From: Octopus sinensis
Taxonomy: Eukaryota
NCBI RefSeq assembly: GCF_006345805.1
Contig: NC_042998.1
Coordinates: 75,392,001-75,456,000, forward strand
Length of the DNA stretch: 64,000 nucleotides
Direction of reading: 5' to 3'
Part shown: piece by piece, positions 26,620 to 41,157 of the stretch
Numbering within the stretch: the stretch's first letter is position 1
How the letters are laid out: each line of letters opens with the position of its first letter
Translations under genes and position numbers: made by a program
Notes under the pieces: generated by a model
What the model was told of the DNA's origin: nothing
The model's database searches: none
What the model saw: the letters and a program-made list of their open reading frames with translations, nothing else

Positions 26620-27580
26620 TTACGTTAGAACGATTGGTTAGCACATTCGTTACAACATCAGACAAAAGTTTTCACGGTATTTGTTCCTGCTCTTTATATT
26701 CTGAGTTCAAATCGTACTGAAGTAAATATTATTTTTCACCCCTCCGAGAACAATAAAATAACATTCCACTCAAGTGCTGGCGTCCATGGTATCCGCTAAT
26801 CTATCCTCTTCCCGTCATTCAATAAAGATGCTGGCCTAATGATTTAATTATAAACATTCATTATTATCAGAAGGACAATGGATAGACAGTTGACTGACAA
26901 AATCGTAAGAGTGTCTGAAAATTTCTTTGCCGTAAGTCTTTCGATTCCTTACATGATAAATCAAAATCCAACCAAGGCCAATATTATTTTTCACTCCTCT
27001 GAGGTCGCTTCATTTGATGCAATAAACTAACCTCGCCCGTCAAAATTCCTGGTGTTGAACTAAATCATATGCAATTATTAGGATAGTGGGTTGAGATAAT
27101 CATTAGACTGTCTGACAAGTTGTCATGTACTGCTTGTCCTGGCTATTTTGTTACGAAATCACGGTCAGGTTAGTTCTGCTTTTCATCAATTTGAGGTCGA
27201 TAAAATGAGGTACCAGTCACGAACTGGAGTCTATGAATTTGTTTAAACCCCTCAAAATTGCGGGACTTATACTTGAGTTAGAAACCGTTTTCAATATCAA
27301 AGGCGCCATTTTGACCTTCTTTACGTTTTCAGTAGAAATTCCAAGGCCTACTTTGAATTTTATCTCTTCGGGGTCGATAAAATAAGTACCAGTTGAGGGC
27401 TGGGATCGATGTAATCGACTTACCACCACCCCCGAAGTTGTTCCAAATCTTTATGTTCTGCGTTCATATCACACCGCGGTCTACTTTGACTTACATTCAT
27501 CCAGGGTCGATAAGATATAGTACTGTTCATGTACTGTGTAGATGTAATAGACTAACACCCTCTCCTAAAACAATATAAAA
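26620..27580 (+). repeat. Degenerate tandem array of SINE A-derived units
   Basis: Recurring variants of gttcaaat...tttcatc...gtcgataaaataagtaccag at roughly 150-250 bp spacing. Confidence 0.6.
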
Positions 27581-27584
27581 ACGA

Positions 27585-27960
27585 CTTGTGGGAACGTTCA
27601 CAACTAGCCGGGGGAAGAAAAGTCTCTTTAGGGAGGTTATAGCTTTATAGTAGTAACTGTCTATGCCCTAACAAGAGCGAAGCGAGTGGATTTTTACAAG
27701 CGCCTAGAGGTCTTCCTATGAACGCTCTGCTCTTTATTTCTTGTTGGTGATTGGTAGCTGACTTGACCATATGCACGCTTGGACTGTGCAAGGCCAACTG
27801 ATAAGATAAGGGGTTCAAAGCTTCTCAAACATACTCAGACGAAAAAAGACGAAGACGGGCCAGCGAGGGTATATTCTTGTGATCACTCAACATTGATTAT
27901 TAAAGTCTCGAGTATCCCTGAAAAGAAAAGATTGTTACGACCTGAACGCCTTTCATCGCG
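27585..27960 (+). mobile_element. L1/Tx1-like AP-endonuclease fragment
   Basis: Reads ...IVVTVYALTRAKRVDFYKRLEVFL*TLCSLFLVGDW, containing APE motifs VYAP-like and GD(F/W)N-like. Confidence 0.55.
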
Positions 27961-27991
27961 CATATTCGCGATTAGAAACAATAAAATCAGT

Positions 27992-28889
27992 ACTATAAAT
28001 ATTACTATTACTAAAGAGAAACACTGTTAATAGTAATCGGGACATGTGTAGTTATTGTCTGACACAGTGGTAATAGTGGTGACAGCCTTGTCAGTGGTGA
28101 GAATGTTGATACTAACGATAACGGCGAGAGCAATAAATAAAATGATAAAGATAATGCATTTATGTGAATTGATTGAAACCTACTTCATCGTTAATGTATG
28201 ACAGAAAACAAGATAAACGTGACCAAATTGTAAAATAAGCAAGTAAGAAATATATTTACTTGAAGGATTATGTGATAGGTGCATGATAATAACATTTGTG
28301 TGCATCTTCCGCAATATTATTTTAAGGGTTTAACGAACACAGGCGATATCACGTAAGGATGTATATTTGGAATAGTAGCATTAGTTTACACCTGAAGGAC
28401 CAGCTACCATGGCTTTCATGGAATACCTTGGAAGCTGCTCGATGTTAGAATGGTCATGAAGCGAAGGATTAGCTTAGGATGAATTTGTATTTCGAGATAA
28501 TGGTCAGGATAATCTCGTAGAAAAGAGCCAGGTACTTTATTTCAGATTTGTAGATGATAGCAAGCTAATGTGACCATATGAGTATACAGAGAGAATTTAA
28601 AATCGTTCAGCTCACAAAGAAGTAAAACAAGAATATCAGCACCAAAAAGAACGAAAATAAAATAGAGGAAAATTATTCACAATAGTTTTAAGGACAAAGC
28701 CATATTTTGTTTTCAATTATTTAATCAATTTATAGATATAATTTATTTTTATGAAATCATATTTACCCAAGATACAAATAAACATGAAAATAACTATAAA
28801 TATTACTATTACTAAAGAGAAACACTGTTAATAGTAATCGGGACATGTGTAGTTATTGTCTGACACAGTGGTAATAGTGGTGACAGCCT
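27992..28889 (+). repeat. Perfect 97-bp direct repeat (27992-28088 and 28793-28889)
   Basis: actataaatattactattactaaagagaaacactg...ggtgacagcct is identical in both copies. Confidence 0.95.
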
Positions 28890-29055
28890 ATTATAACTCA
28901 AAATAACTCAATACAAACCGACCCTAAACATCTAAGTGTTTAGCAATATTAGTTATATAGTCGAACGTTTTATCTTACGCGAAATATAAATATCTAATAG
29001 ACACAGCTGAATACATTATGCGACAATGAGTTTAACCCCACTATTCCGAGATATG

Positions 29056-29185
29056 TAGGATGATTCAAAAGTCGCCATACATAAGAAGAATTTTTTTTTA
29101 TATAAAAAACAGTTTTTTTTTTATTTAACTGTTTCTTATAAAAATAATTTTTTCTTATGTATGGTGACTTTTGAATCACCCTGTA
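29056..29185. mobile_element. Short Tc1/mariner-type MITE
   Basis: About 32-bp TIRs aggatgattcaaaagtcgccatacataagaa / ttcttatgtatggtgacttttgaatcaccctg; the right end is followed by TA. Confidence 0.75.
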
Positions 29186-30540
29186 ATTCTTGTGGAAAAT
29201 GAACATTGCTCCTTAACTATCTGAAGCCTTTATAGGTATAAGAGTATAACCGATTGAATCAATAACAGTATCAGACGGGTAATTACTTAATCAACTCTAT
29301 CTAAATGAAATGAATTGTTACCTTCAAAATAATCTAGAATTTAAATTAATCGTATGATATTAAATATTTTAAGAACATTCTAATACACCCACCATATCGC
29401 CAAATACGCGTTTGTTACCTTGAATGATAATCATAATATCAAGGGACATTAATAAGTAGAAATGAGATATTATGCTCAATTAAAAGAACTGTTCATCCCT
29501 GAAGATATCGGCCTTTTCTCTTGAGGAACTAAATCAGTAATTATGATAAATCTGAGAAATTGTAATTAGGCAAAAACATTAGAACGTCTTACAATATTTC
29601 ATATTGTCCTCTTTACATTATAAATATAAGTTGCAGAGATGGCTTGCGTTCAGCTGCAGTCGATTAAATAAGCACTATTATATTATGATCGATGATTCAA
29701 TCAGCAATACCGCTTCTCCTTCCAAAGTTGATCATAAGTCTAATCTCAAGAAATCAATAATCATGACAAAGCATAAATTTAAAATATAGTTCAGGTTCGC
29801 TCTGGGAGGCTTACAAATTTAGAACAAGTGAATGCCAAGTATATTATTTGAATTTGAAAATAAAATCGATATATTAAAATCTCGAAGAAAATTTTGGTGA
29901 AATCGCTGATGACTTTGAAATGAAAAGTGAACTGATCAACGTTTGTTGCTTTAAATCAGAAATCATTATATCGATTGTTGTTAATCCGGATCTAAAATGG
30001 AAGGCAAATGGCTATACCGACATTGATCTAACAAAAGCCTACTCATTTCTCTTGGGATTTAGGTTCAGCATTGGCAACATTTGTCAGTAATCTTTCAAGG
30101 AACTAATCTTCGAAATCTTATAATTTTCTAAAGACGGAAATATAACAACAATGCATTTAAAATGAATTCTAACTACTGCGATTGTGAAGGATAAAAGGAA
30201 CTATGTTCACGTGGTTAGAATCCATTGCGTCACTTCTGGGGAATAGAAAACAATCCTCCTAAGATCACACAATAAAATTGAAAAACTGATTCTTTTTTTT
30301 GTTTTCCGCCCGTTTTAAATCTTCCTATAAAAGCCATTAATGTTACATTTTATTCGTTACATTTAACTCCATTATCTCTCTCTCTATCTCTCTCTCTCTC
30401 TCTCTTTCGTTTTCTCACTCTTTCTTTCTTTCTCTCTCTCTCTTTTTCTATCACCATTTTTCTTTCTGTCTTTCTGTAATTTCTTTCCATCTATCTCTCC
30501 TTTCACTCTATGTTTTTCTCCCTTTGTTTGTCTCTCACAA

Positions 30541-30593
<53 letters not shown>

Positions 30594-31275
30594 CCATCAT
30601 TTTCGAGAGCATTGGTTATTTTGCTTGCAAAGTTAATTCTGTATGATAATAGGTTTGGCAAATACATGACGCCATTAGTGACACTGACCATCGGAGTAAA
30701 TAGAAAGTATCACTTCTGCAACGTCGTTGTTTCTCTATCTGCTGTTACCTGGAATATCATCCGTTTACAAATATTACCCACCTTATAAATTTATTACCAT
30801 CCATGCAATCATCCTGGTTTCCAGCTATTTGCCATCCTGTTGATTATAATGATACTTATTATTGCTTTTATAAGCAATGAAAATTGTGGCAGGATTATCT
30901 GATGTTGGCCGCAATATTTCAGTAAAATATAATATTACAGCGAAAATATAAACCCTGGTATTTTGCAAGGTTTTTGTCTTCAACGACAATACTAAGAAGT
31001 GTCGCGCGCACACAGTATGTTATTAATCCTGTTTGATCTATAAATGGGTTTTTTCAGTCTTTCAACCGTATTCTGTGCTTTTATGAAACATATGTCAGAG
31101 CTGGTATGATAGTGTACAATCTGTGTCAGGATTGGCTTACATATTCCATTGCATTCTTCTGAGTAAAAACATATAATTAATATGTTCCACTAAGTTGCCT
31201 TATAAATTGGAATCAAAGATCGGAACTACTAATAATTGCATGGAAATAGCATATTCCATTGATAAATACATATAT

Positions 31276-31477
31276 TTCTTTATTGTCCAAAGGGGGCGAA
31301 GCATAGAGGGGACAAACAAAGACAGACAAAGGGATTAAGTGGATTGCATTCATCCCAGTGCGTAACTGGTACTTATTTAATCGACCCCGAAAGGATGAAG
31401 GGCAAAGTCGACCTCGGTAGACGAAATATCGCTAAGCATTTCGTCCGGCGCAGTAACTATTCTGCCACCTCGCCGAC
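31276..31477 (-). mobile_element. SINE family A (internally deleted)
   Basis: Reverse complement of the SINE A core and tail. Confidence 0.8.
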
Positions 31478-33857
31478 CATTAATAAATATAGCGTTATAT
31501 TCGGTAATTACTTGACTCTTGTTCTACATCTTTATTGGAGAGGAATCTTCACTAGATTTCACATGAGGAATGTGCTCTTTTTTTGTTTGTTTTTGCTTCG
31601 TTTGCTCTCAGGGAGATCTAGGATTTGTGGCTTTCGGAGAACCTTTAATGCTAGGGAAAAAACTGAGGTTGATGTCATGGAATTACATGGGAGAGAAAAG
31701 AAAATGTGGTTAACGTGATTGGTGTGTGTCATTCATATAAGCAAAGTATGAGTGACAGAAAGCAAAAGGATGAATGTTTAAATGATAGTGACACAAGATA
31801 AGGTTACTCTTTTGAAGGTTGCTAATGTAGTAGACTTAGAATAAGCAAAGTAAAAAGACCATATCTGTTGACCAGAGACAGGAGTGGATTGTTGTACAAA
31901 TTCATGCCTATTAGACAGGTGGCTTTGGTAGGGATCCTATCTGGAGTGTTTTTGTGTCTTGATAGCACTGCTCCAGATGTATGAGCATTATTCCCTTGCG
32001 AGTCTCACGTGAGATTTGTATAGGGTTAGTAACTATTGAGGTCTGAAATATATTCGTGCCAGTCTTTCAGATACAGCTATTTCTTTAATAAGTATGTAGA
32101 CGTTACCACCATCATTATTATCATTACCGCCATAGTTGTCGTAATAATCATCACCATCAGCACTGTGTTATATACTTAGAATAGATAGATAAATAAATAA
32201 AGCACACCTATCTCCCAAAAAGAATAGTGTCTCTGTGTTTCATCAAAAAATAAATCAATAGTTGTTTCACTATTTTATTTATATTAATGTATGAAGTTTA
32301 AGCCACTTTTCATTTGAAAATTTGTCTCTGGTGTGTTTTTAATACTACTAACCTTGTCTTTAGTTTTATCCGATATTTCATCACGATTTTGATTGTTTAA
32401 TTAGATTTATCACATTTATTTTTTCACATGATACATTATATTTTTTGTCTGATGTAAAATTTATATTTAAGTTTTTATATGTGAAATTGTCATCTGAAAA
32501 ATCTAATTCACACAATTACTCCCTGGATGCTTTTAAGTAACATGAAATGTTGTTCTTTGATAGTTTTTACATTGTAAAAACAAGCTGTGACAGTAGAATG
32601 CCGGACTAAATGATTTACTGTGTTTATTTTCACTATTTCTTTTCTGAGACTAAATCTAGTAGACTCTACCAAGCTTCTATAAATATGATCAAAAGTTCAT
32701 GAATGCTTCAAAATAACATCGTAGATTAACACAACGATAGATCATCTATACTGCAGTTTAGAATCTAAAAACCTATGTCTACATTTGCGCATGTATGCAT
32801 AAGTGTGTGTGTATTTGTGCGCGCGTGTGTGTTTAATCTTTCAGTTTTAGGTCAATTGACGTGTAGCTGCATGAAGAATGCCTCAAAGACTTGCTGTTAA
32901 CGAATTGTATCATACGAAAGAACCACATATGCAAAACTCTTTCTTAATCTTGATATATTATATAAAATAAAACCGTCAATAATTTTTAATTTTTGCCTTA
33001 CTGGTGACCTTTTATGATTTCAGCACACCAATTCAATAGCTCAAACTTTCATTTCAAAGAATAGATTAGCTTTTTTAGAGGCAGATAATACTTCTGCTAT
33101 GAAACTTAGCAACGACATTTGCGTACACTCTTTTTTAGGCAGTAAACCTACACTCATTATTATACCATGAATCTATAAACGGTGTATATTCCACTTTTAT
33201 TGTTTTTGCTTCCTCTGAACTTCAATACCATATCAATCCGACTATTCTGCCAATCTTCAGGTCTGGATTATATAAAACTATTTTGCTATTTACATCATCT
33301 ATAAAGACATGACAATCAAAATTATACAACTAAAAATCGTCGAAATAATTTTTTATTACTAGATGAAGAACAAAACTGAGGAATAAAAAATAATAATAAT
33401 AATAAAAATTAGAAAAATAAGAAAACGAAATAGAAATATTGACTTATCTTTTTTGAATTTCCCTCTTCGCGAATCATTCATGGCTTCCAACGTATAATCC
33501 AATCTTGAGAGCCCAGGTATAGAGGAGATAATTCTTATTAGCATTTAAGAGTTCTTAATATGTATTTACTATTTTATATATTTACCGTGTAAGGGAAGTA
33601 AGTGATAAAAAATAGAAGCCGGAAATCAATGTATGATGAGAATAGGCTAAATTTTACATGTTTAGTTTATTTTATTTATATGTCATTTTATTTATATTTT
33701 ATTTATTTTTATTATGTCTCCTAAACCTATATATATATATAACTTCAAGTTTAGATACTCGTGTTAACATAATATCGCTTCAAGTATTGCACGCTACAGC
33801 ATACGCAAGCAGACATCAACACAGGCCGTACCCTAGTCTGTAACTACTGACATTTTA

Positions 33858-34240
33858 CTTGCTACCTAATGAGGGACCTTGGTTATCAATAGCTGTAATC
33901 TAAAGAGCTATTTCACCCCATCTGATGGCAACGTAAACAATTACACGAGAATGACAGGCAAAAAATTTAAAGGAAGATATACAAAACACATGCGTTGCTT
34001 CTGTTAGAAGGATCGTTAAAATTCTATCTCTGTCCCGCTTCATCTGGCGACTTCAGACCAATTGACATGACATCCCCAACATCGAATGGAGTATCCTTGA
34101 TAGGGCTCCTCTTTATTCACCTTAATGGCCAAATCTGTGTCCTTGAGAAACACATACATTCCACTAACTTGCAATATCCATCAATGGGCAAAATAACGTA
34201 ATCAAACTCCACAGACTGTCTTATATAACCTACCCTACCA
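33858..34240 (+). mobile_element. Penelope-like GIY-YIG endonuclease remnant
   Basis: Across frameshifts: ...VI*RAI...SDGNVNNYTRMTGKKFKGRYTKH...SRFIWRL...NIEWSILDRAPLY...LEKH, matching the VIY..YxG.T..FK.R..H..IW.L..I.W.I pattern. Confidence 0.7.
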
Positions 34241-36401
34241 CGTTCATAGGCAGAACAAGAAAATTATGTTGCTGATTATACCAAATTGTAGCTTGCCATG
34301 AAATGGCGTCAGTATCCAACAAACATTCTGTCCGCAAGAAATTAAAGAAAATAGTAGCTTTTATACCATTACAGCCACAGGATAGCAACTGACCAGTACG
34401 AGCCCAAACACCAAACTTTCTAGTCTTTCCAAACATCTGACGAGGTGGACGCACCCTACGTGTCTACGAAATTTTAAGTAATGTAGAACTCAATCAAACT
34501 GTTACTAGTATAATTTAACATGAATCAAATGTGTTAAGTACAACAATCTTTACTTTGTTCACTCATTCATATGTGTGTAAAAGTGTGAATATATGTGTGC
34601 ATGTGTGCGCGCGTGTGTGTATGTCACCTACATAAAAGTTTCTTAAACTGAATTCACTGCATTATGATCAAGGTAAATCTCAGATTAGTATGAAATGTTT
34701 TGCTACAATAGCTGTAAGCACACCACTTCTCCATTGTGACTACATAATAAAATAGCCACCTAAGGAATACTACTGGCGCACGCTAAAGTAAAATTATCTA
34801 TAAGTATTGGCATACATTTGTATAACGGTGGTAATCCTTACAATTTGGAATATGTCATTACCCCTTGTGAACTAATGTCTATCGCCAACGTATTTGTAAC
34901 GTCTTCTTCACAATATCGAGGTCAAGTTATATCAATTCTTTAAAATAACCAAATCTGCAATATGTTCGACACCTGAGCTATATAGTCAAGAATTTATGAT
35001 ATCCTAAGTATATCATTCGCTAGAAGGCTTTGTATATTTTAAACATAAAGAAGATGTTTTTATATACGTAGATATTCTTATTATATGTATATAATTTTAG
35101 TATGCATCAATTCTTTATAAATATATATATTTTTTGGTCTTTAGCTGTGTTATCTCTGTGTTCTTGTGTTATCTTCATGCTTGATTATCTACGTTAATTG
35201 CGTACTTACCAACGACTAACAGGCAAAACAGATGAATAACCTCCATTGATATCTATATTAAGCGACTGCGTCTTGCTTCCAGGCATCTGCAATCATTCAC
35301 CAGGTGATGCATGTGATTCCGTGTAATCATCACATAAAGCAACATGCTGACATTAAACTAGCAGGGAGACGTCCTTAAATTGAAAAGTAACTGTAACTTA
35401 ACTACTTTCAGTTTATTTTAGGTTTTATAATGCTTGCTTTTACTCTTCTACACTTAAGGATTTTATATTTTTACCATCAAGTAGATCCATTCCAGTTTAT
35501 TTTATGATGTTTTCCGTGCTTCGTCGCCTGCATGGTGCTTTTTACATTCTTAATGTCGTCTCAAAGTTACATATTCTTACACTTAACACCACAGAATCCA
35601 GTTAATACTTGTTTTTATCACAATGTTTTAAATAACCCATAAACTTATGATTCTCTTTACTCCTGTTCGTTCCCAATTAATATCATACTTATAGCTGACA
35701 AAGATATCATGCTATTACAAACAGTATAGAAGAGAAGGGCAGCTCCCTTCAAAGATTCTTCTTCTAATCAGTCTATCTGTTAAAATGTCTCCTTCTGATG
35801 CTAAATATACACTCCAACGTCGCTTTCTACTTTTATCAGTCATCTAGTTTTTTCGAGACCTGAGTGAGCTTTAGGTGACATTGAATCACGTACTTTCAAT
35901 AATTGATTTAAGCTTTACGTAAATTTGTTCTTATATTTTGCAGTTCATGACCAATTTATAAATTATCAATCGATGTTACGTTCATTTCCACATCTTTCCG
36001 ATATCTTCTATAATAATCAAACATTAAACGTCTCTCATGTATGTTAGTATATTTTCTAGAATTTTCCCACCTAGATGTTTCTGCGTAAATAGTACGCGCG
36101 CAAATTTGAAGCAAAGGTTTGTTTCGGTTTAGTTTTCAATATCATGCAAACCCTCCCTTCAGTTAACTACAGTATTATATCTTCATTTGATACATACATA
36201 TCAAGTTATATAACTAAAGATTCATGAAGACTTGTAACCTCATTCTGCCAGTAATTATGGAAAAGATCTGGTAAGCAACATTCTACTTACCCGTTTTTTT
36301 TTTTTCACAACTGTTTTCAAGTAATTGCTTTTATTATGGCAAAACCCTTCTTGTTCACAGCATTTTAGGTGTAATTCGCTACTTGGACTATCCATTATGC
36401 T

Positions 36402-36745
36402 TTATTATTTCCCCTGCTTTAGTGAAGGCGGGGGTATTGTTTCAGTCGTGTTTGTTTGTCCGTGATCAAGATATCTCAAGAACCGCTGGATGGATTCGAA
36501 TGAAACTTGCAGGGATGTTTGGCCTCGTGTCTGGCACAAACTGATTATATTTGGGGATTGTTCTGGTACCGGAAAAGGGTTCTGGATTATTTTTCAGGTT
36601 TTTTTACTTAATTTTTGGGAGTGGTCGGGTTCGTCTTTAGCATTTTGGTTAATGAGAGCAGTCGAGTTTATTTCAGTTATTCTCATTTTAAAAATCATAT
36701 CCGGCTAATCACCTTGGTTTGCGCTCATTAAGTGCTCTTTTATTA
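36402..36745 (+). mobile_element. Helentron-associated (HINE/DINE-like) non-autonomous element
   Basis: T-rich start, subterminal hairpin ccctgcttt..gaaggcgggg, then tgtttgtttgtccgt..gatatctcaagaacc..ggattcgaatgaaactt, a layout typical of this class. Confidence 0.55.
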
Positions 36746-36812
36746 TTTACATCTTTCCTAAGTTTTTTTCCCCTAAATAACAAGTTTTCCTCAGCGATTG
36801 GCTGTCTTATAT

Positions 36813-36888
<76 letters not shown>

Positions 36889-37917
36889 TATATCTCTTTT
36901 TTTATCTTTGATTTGATTGAAGAGTTGAATTTGCTTCCTTTCTTTTTCACTTACGTAATAGCTATCTTCTAATTCACCTTTCTGATTTTTTTCATTAATT
37001 TAACTATTGTCATTCGTTAGGTCGCTAATCTTCATTAACGTTCACCTTTTCCTCCAAAGTACCTGATGATCTGTCTTTTGTCCTTTGATTTTATCTCCTT
37101 GGCACCCGGTTATATCTATAGGTTGGTGTCTCTAATGTTTTCACAGATCCCATCAGTCATGCAGTTCATTTTGTTTTAAATTGGCTCGATCCACTGTCCT
37201 CAAATTATCTGATATTATGTCCTTTTGTTCTATCGGCTTCTGCCTCATATTTTGCTAAGGTTTTTTAGTTGATTTTCAAGGCTGTCTATATCAAATGTTT
37301 TTTCTTCGTGTGTTCTTCTATTTTGCTCTTGTTTCAGCTGCGAGAGTTGCATTTTCCGGGTTAGCTATGATAGATTTATGCTCTTAATTCTCGATTCATG
37401 TAATTTTCTAATAATCATTCTTTTTGTTTCTTCCACTTTTATAGAAGTATCCTATAGTCTTGATACAGAAAAGTTTATCTGAAAGATGCTGCTCTTGATA
37501 TTACTTTTTTCAAATATTTTCCAGATGTTCAGAAATTTTCTGAAATTCTCGCTTTCTTGGTTCACTTCTTACATAAAAATTACATTAATAGATTGTTGAT
37601 CACCATTATTTTTTCTCCGCTTTGCGCATAACAATAACAACATAAAGAACGAGTCTGCACACTCCGACAGTTCGACTATTTTGCGGGAGTAACGGTTGAC
37701 ATGGTTACATGTAGCAATTCTCTGTTCTGATTTATTTGCTTTGTCTTGATTATTCTCCCTCTTTCAGATAATATTGTAGCCACTATAGCTTTGGTATAGC
37801 ACAGAACGATGGACCCGCGATTACTAAAACATGAGTATGAACTAAATACAAGGAACGAATGCAGAAATAAAAAATAGGACGATTTATATTGAAACCTATT
37901 ATTACCATTTTATTATT

Positions 37918-38480
37918 GGGGCGACAAGCGAGCAGAATGTTATTGTGTTGGGAAAATATTTAACGGCATTCTTTGAATCTCTCTGTCTTCTGATTACATA
38001 TCTCTTCCTAGTCAGGTTTGCCTTCCATCCATTCGGCGTCGATAAAATAAAGTGTCAAAGTAATGGGGCCGAATTAATCGACTAATATCTCGTCTAAAAT
38101 GCTATTCCTATGCTAAAATTTGAAACCATTACTATTACTCAACTATTTTGGTTGAGTGTCAAACAAAATGACTCCTGGCATTTGTTTCGGCGATTTACGA
38201 TCTGGCTTTAAATCCCTCCACGGTAATCTTCATCTTTCATTTTTCCAGACACGAGAGATTAAAGCACATAAGATAATATAATTAACTGTTGCTTTACTTC
38301 ACCAAAAATAATAGTTTTGTGTCTATTTTAGAAATTTGGTAGAACAACAAGTATTTTTTGTGTGTATGTGTTTGATAACTATGCTACTTACCTTCAGATT
38401 TTAAACCCACCCGGAGTCGATTTTAAGTGTCAAACTTTCGTTTTCAATAAAATGGGAACTAGTAGTCTACCCTTCAGTTA
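37918..38480 (+). repeat. Degenerate tandem SINE A units
   Basis: tttgccttccatccattcggcgtcgataaaataaag followed by more decayed units. Confidence 0.5.
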
Positions 38481-39349
38481 ATTCAGTATTAATAATGTTT
38501 TAACCTCTACTAAAGTGATACATATTTACCACGAGGCTAATGTAATGACGCAAAGAGTTTTCATGTTTAGAACAGTAATAAACGTTCTCGATATCTACTC
38601 GTGTTGTATTCTTTTGATATGGAAATAAATTACCTAGTAGAAGAAAACTCTGACCAAAGTCACCTAGTGCACTTATCTCATTAAAAAATGACCATATCCT
38701 TTAGAAAGAAATTAAAACATTTTTCATTTTATTTTCATTACTTCTACGTAAAGTATAAAAATATAGAGATTTACATTTCACTGTTATTTTTAACATAACA
38801 AACCACAAAAAAAATGATTTTATCTGTTATTCAAAATATTCCTGATGAGCTAAAGCAAATATAATGATTCTTATTGTTCTGAAAGATAAGACTGAATATT
38901 TACTTAGAATTCTGTTGTAGTTACTGACAAAAACAATCAAAGCCAACACTAACATTTTCAATACGTTAATCCGCTTTACACCGAGACCTAACAATGTACG
39001 AAACGAAACAGATTTTTTTGTTTCTTTGATTTTTTTACACGTTTCAGAAACAAAATCGATTTTTAGGAAGCAAAAAATGTTGTAAATTACTTTTAGCTTT
39101 GAAACATTTCATGAATAAATTCTGAAATACATAACTATAAAAGAAAATCTGTGAAAATTAAATTTTTAAGCTAATTCTATCTAAAAGATAAATTTCCCTT
39201 GGGAATAAATCTTTATGTATACTTTCATTTCCACTTATATTTTACTTTATTATGATTATTTCAATGTATACGTTCAAACATTCTTAACTAAAGTATCAAT
39301 ATGTCCATATAAAAACACATATAGATTTTGATATATGTGAAGTTGTCTT

Positions 39350-39407
<58 letters not shown>

Positions 39408-41157
39408 TATGTATATATGTATGTATGCATGTATGTACGTCTATGGATAGCTATATGTGACTGTAAGTAGATGCGCACGCGTGGGAATAAATGTAAAATG
39501 TAACATACACTCACAAATGTATTTATGCGTGTATAATTCTATGAAATGAAACAAAGAAACTACATATATTCTCAAACCATTGATAATTTTCTAAATATTG
39601 AAACATTAACCTTTAAATGCTATAATTCCTAGCAATTAACTATTCTAATTCAAACCAGTAAGATGTAGCAAATGACTTGAAAATTAAATTGTATAACAAA
39701 TTGCTTATCATGAGTGTAGTAGTTAACACAATTCCCGCCAAGCAATTGCCGTCATACAATCACCATGCAAACTATGACAATGAGGACTACATCATTTAGA
39801 ATCTGGTAAACTAGCTTGTCGATGTGAAATGAAAGAAATTAAAAGTATTATTCTGTTGATTCATTTACTTTTTATGCAGCAATATTAGAATTCTCTTCTA
39901 TCATATGTCTTTACAGCATAACTGATTCTTTGAAGCATAACAAGATCTGAAATATTTTGAAAAAGTGAAGAGGTGATAGAATATGTAAATACAGCTCCCA
40001 ATGGGAATACTTAAAACAGACAGAAAGAGAGAGAGAGGGAGAGGTGGGGATATGGATTGCCAATTAAATAAAATGCTGAAAGTTTCATACGGGTTCGAAT
40101 GTCAATATTTAGCACATCCAAATATCATAACATGCTACTGTAAATTAATTAAACACAAATAATATTTTCATTATTACTCTTATATTATTTCAAATCTAGC
40201 GTCTGAAAATGAATGAAATGTTTCTCTTTTTTATATATTTCTGTGCTTGAGTCACTACGTTGGCATCTTAATATAGCAAAGTGTTCACAGCATAATAATT
40301 CTTTTGAAAATGTGTTAAAAATTATTATTGATGGTGATGATTGTTTAAATGTAGTGTTGATAATATTAAACGTAAGGGACTGAAGTGAATTGTCAGACTA
40401 TACTTACCACAGATGAGATTTTGAACAAAATATTTCAATATAGGCTTCGATGATTATCTCTATAATGCTAAAACTATTAGAGTAGCTCCCCTTACGTTAA
40501 ACATATCTTGCTTCTTAAGAAAGGATTATATGCTTACAACTTGTAGTTTATAATAAGGTATAACTTAATATTATAAATAAGTGTCTTCCTTCTTACAGTA
40601 GATGGCTAGTAACCATTTAGAACTATGATATTATTATAATTACTATATTAAGAATTCTAGAATTCGTTTATGCGGATATGGAAGAGGCTGTGTGTTTAGC
40701 AGTCTTGTTTTGCTACAGCTTAATCTCGACTAGTATCTCAGTGTGTGGCACAGTAGGAATAGGTTTCTGCAATAGCTTCGTGTCAGTTTTAAAGCTTCGA
40801 GGTTGCTGTTTGTTACCTGGCAAAAATTCTAATCCTGCTGGATTCGTTATTGTTCTTTGGTATCATTCATTTTTGAATTCATTTTTGACTTAAGCTATCA
40901 CCCAATTTTAACCGTATTACTTGGCGCTCGGGCCTCGGAAATTCACACTTCAAACATTTAGGTGAATTTTCGTTCTCATTATAACGTTATCCGTTTTTCC
41001 GACAGTCTAGGAGTCTATAAAAAGATTTCTCACTCTCTACTTCTTTCTGTTTTTGCCAAAACCATTAAAAGACACATCAGTATAAAAAAAATTCCACTCA
41101 TAAAAACTAATCGGAAAGTACATTTGGTAAGTGTTTTAAAAAAGAATCAAATAAAAT

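Noticed and set aside
34640-37620. Additional ancient LINE remnants (also 17.7-18.2, 19.5-20.9 and 31.5-32.0 kb)
   Set aside because: Only faint motif echoes; too decayed to classify or delimit by eye.
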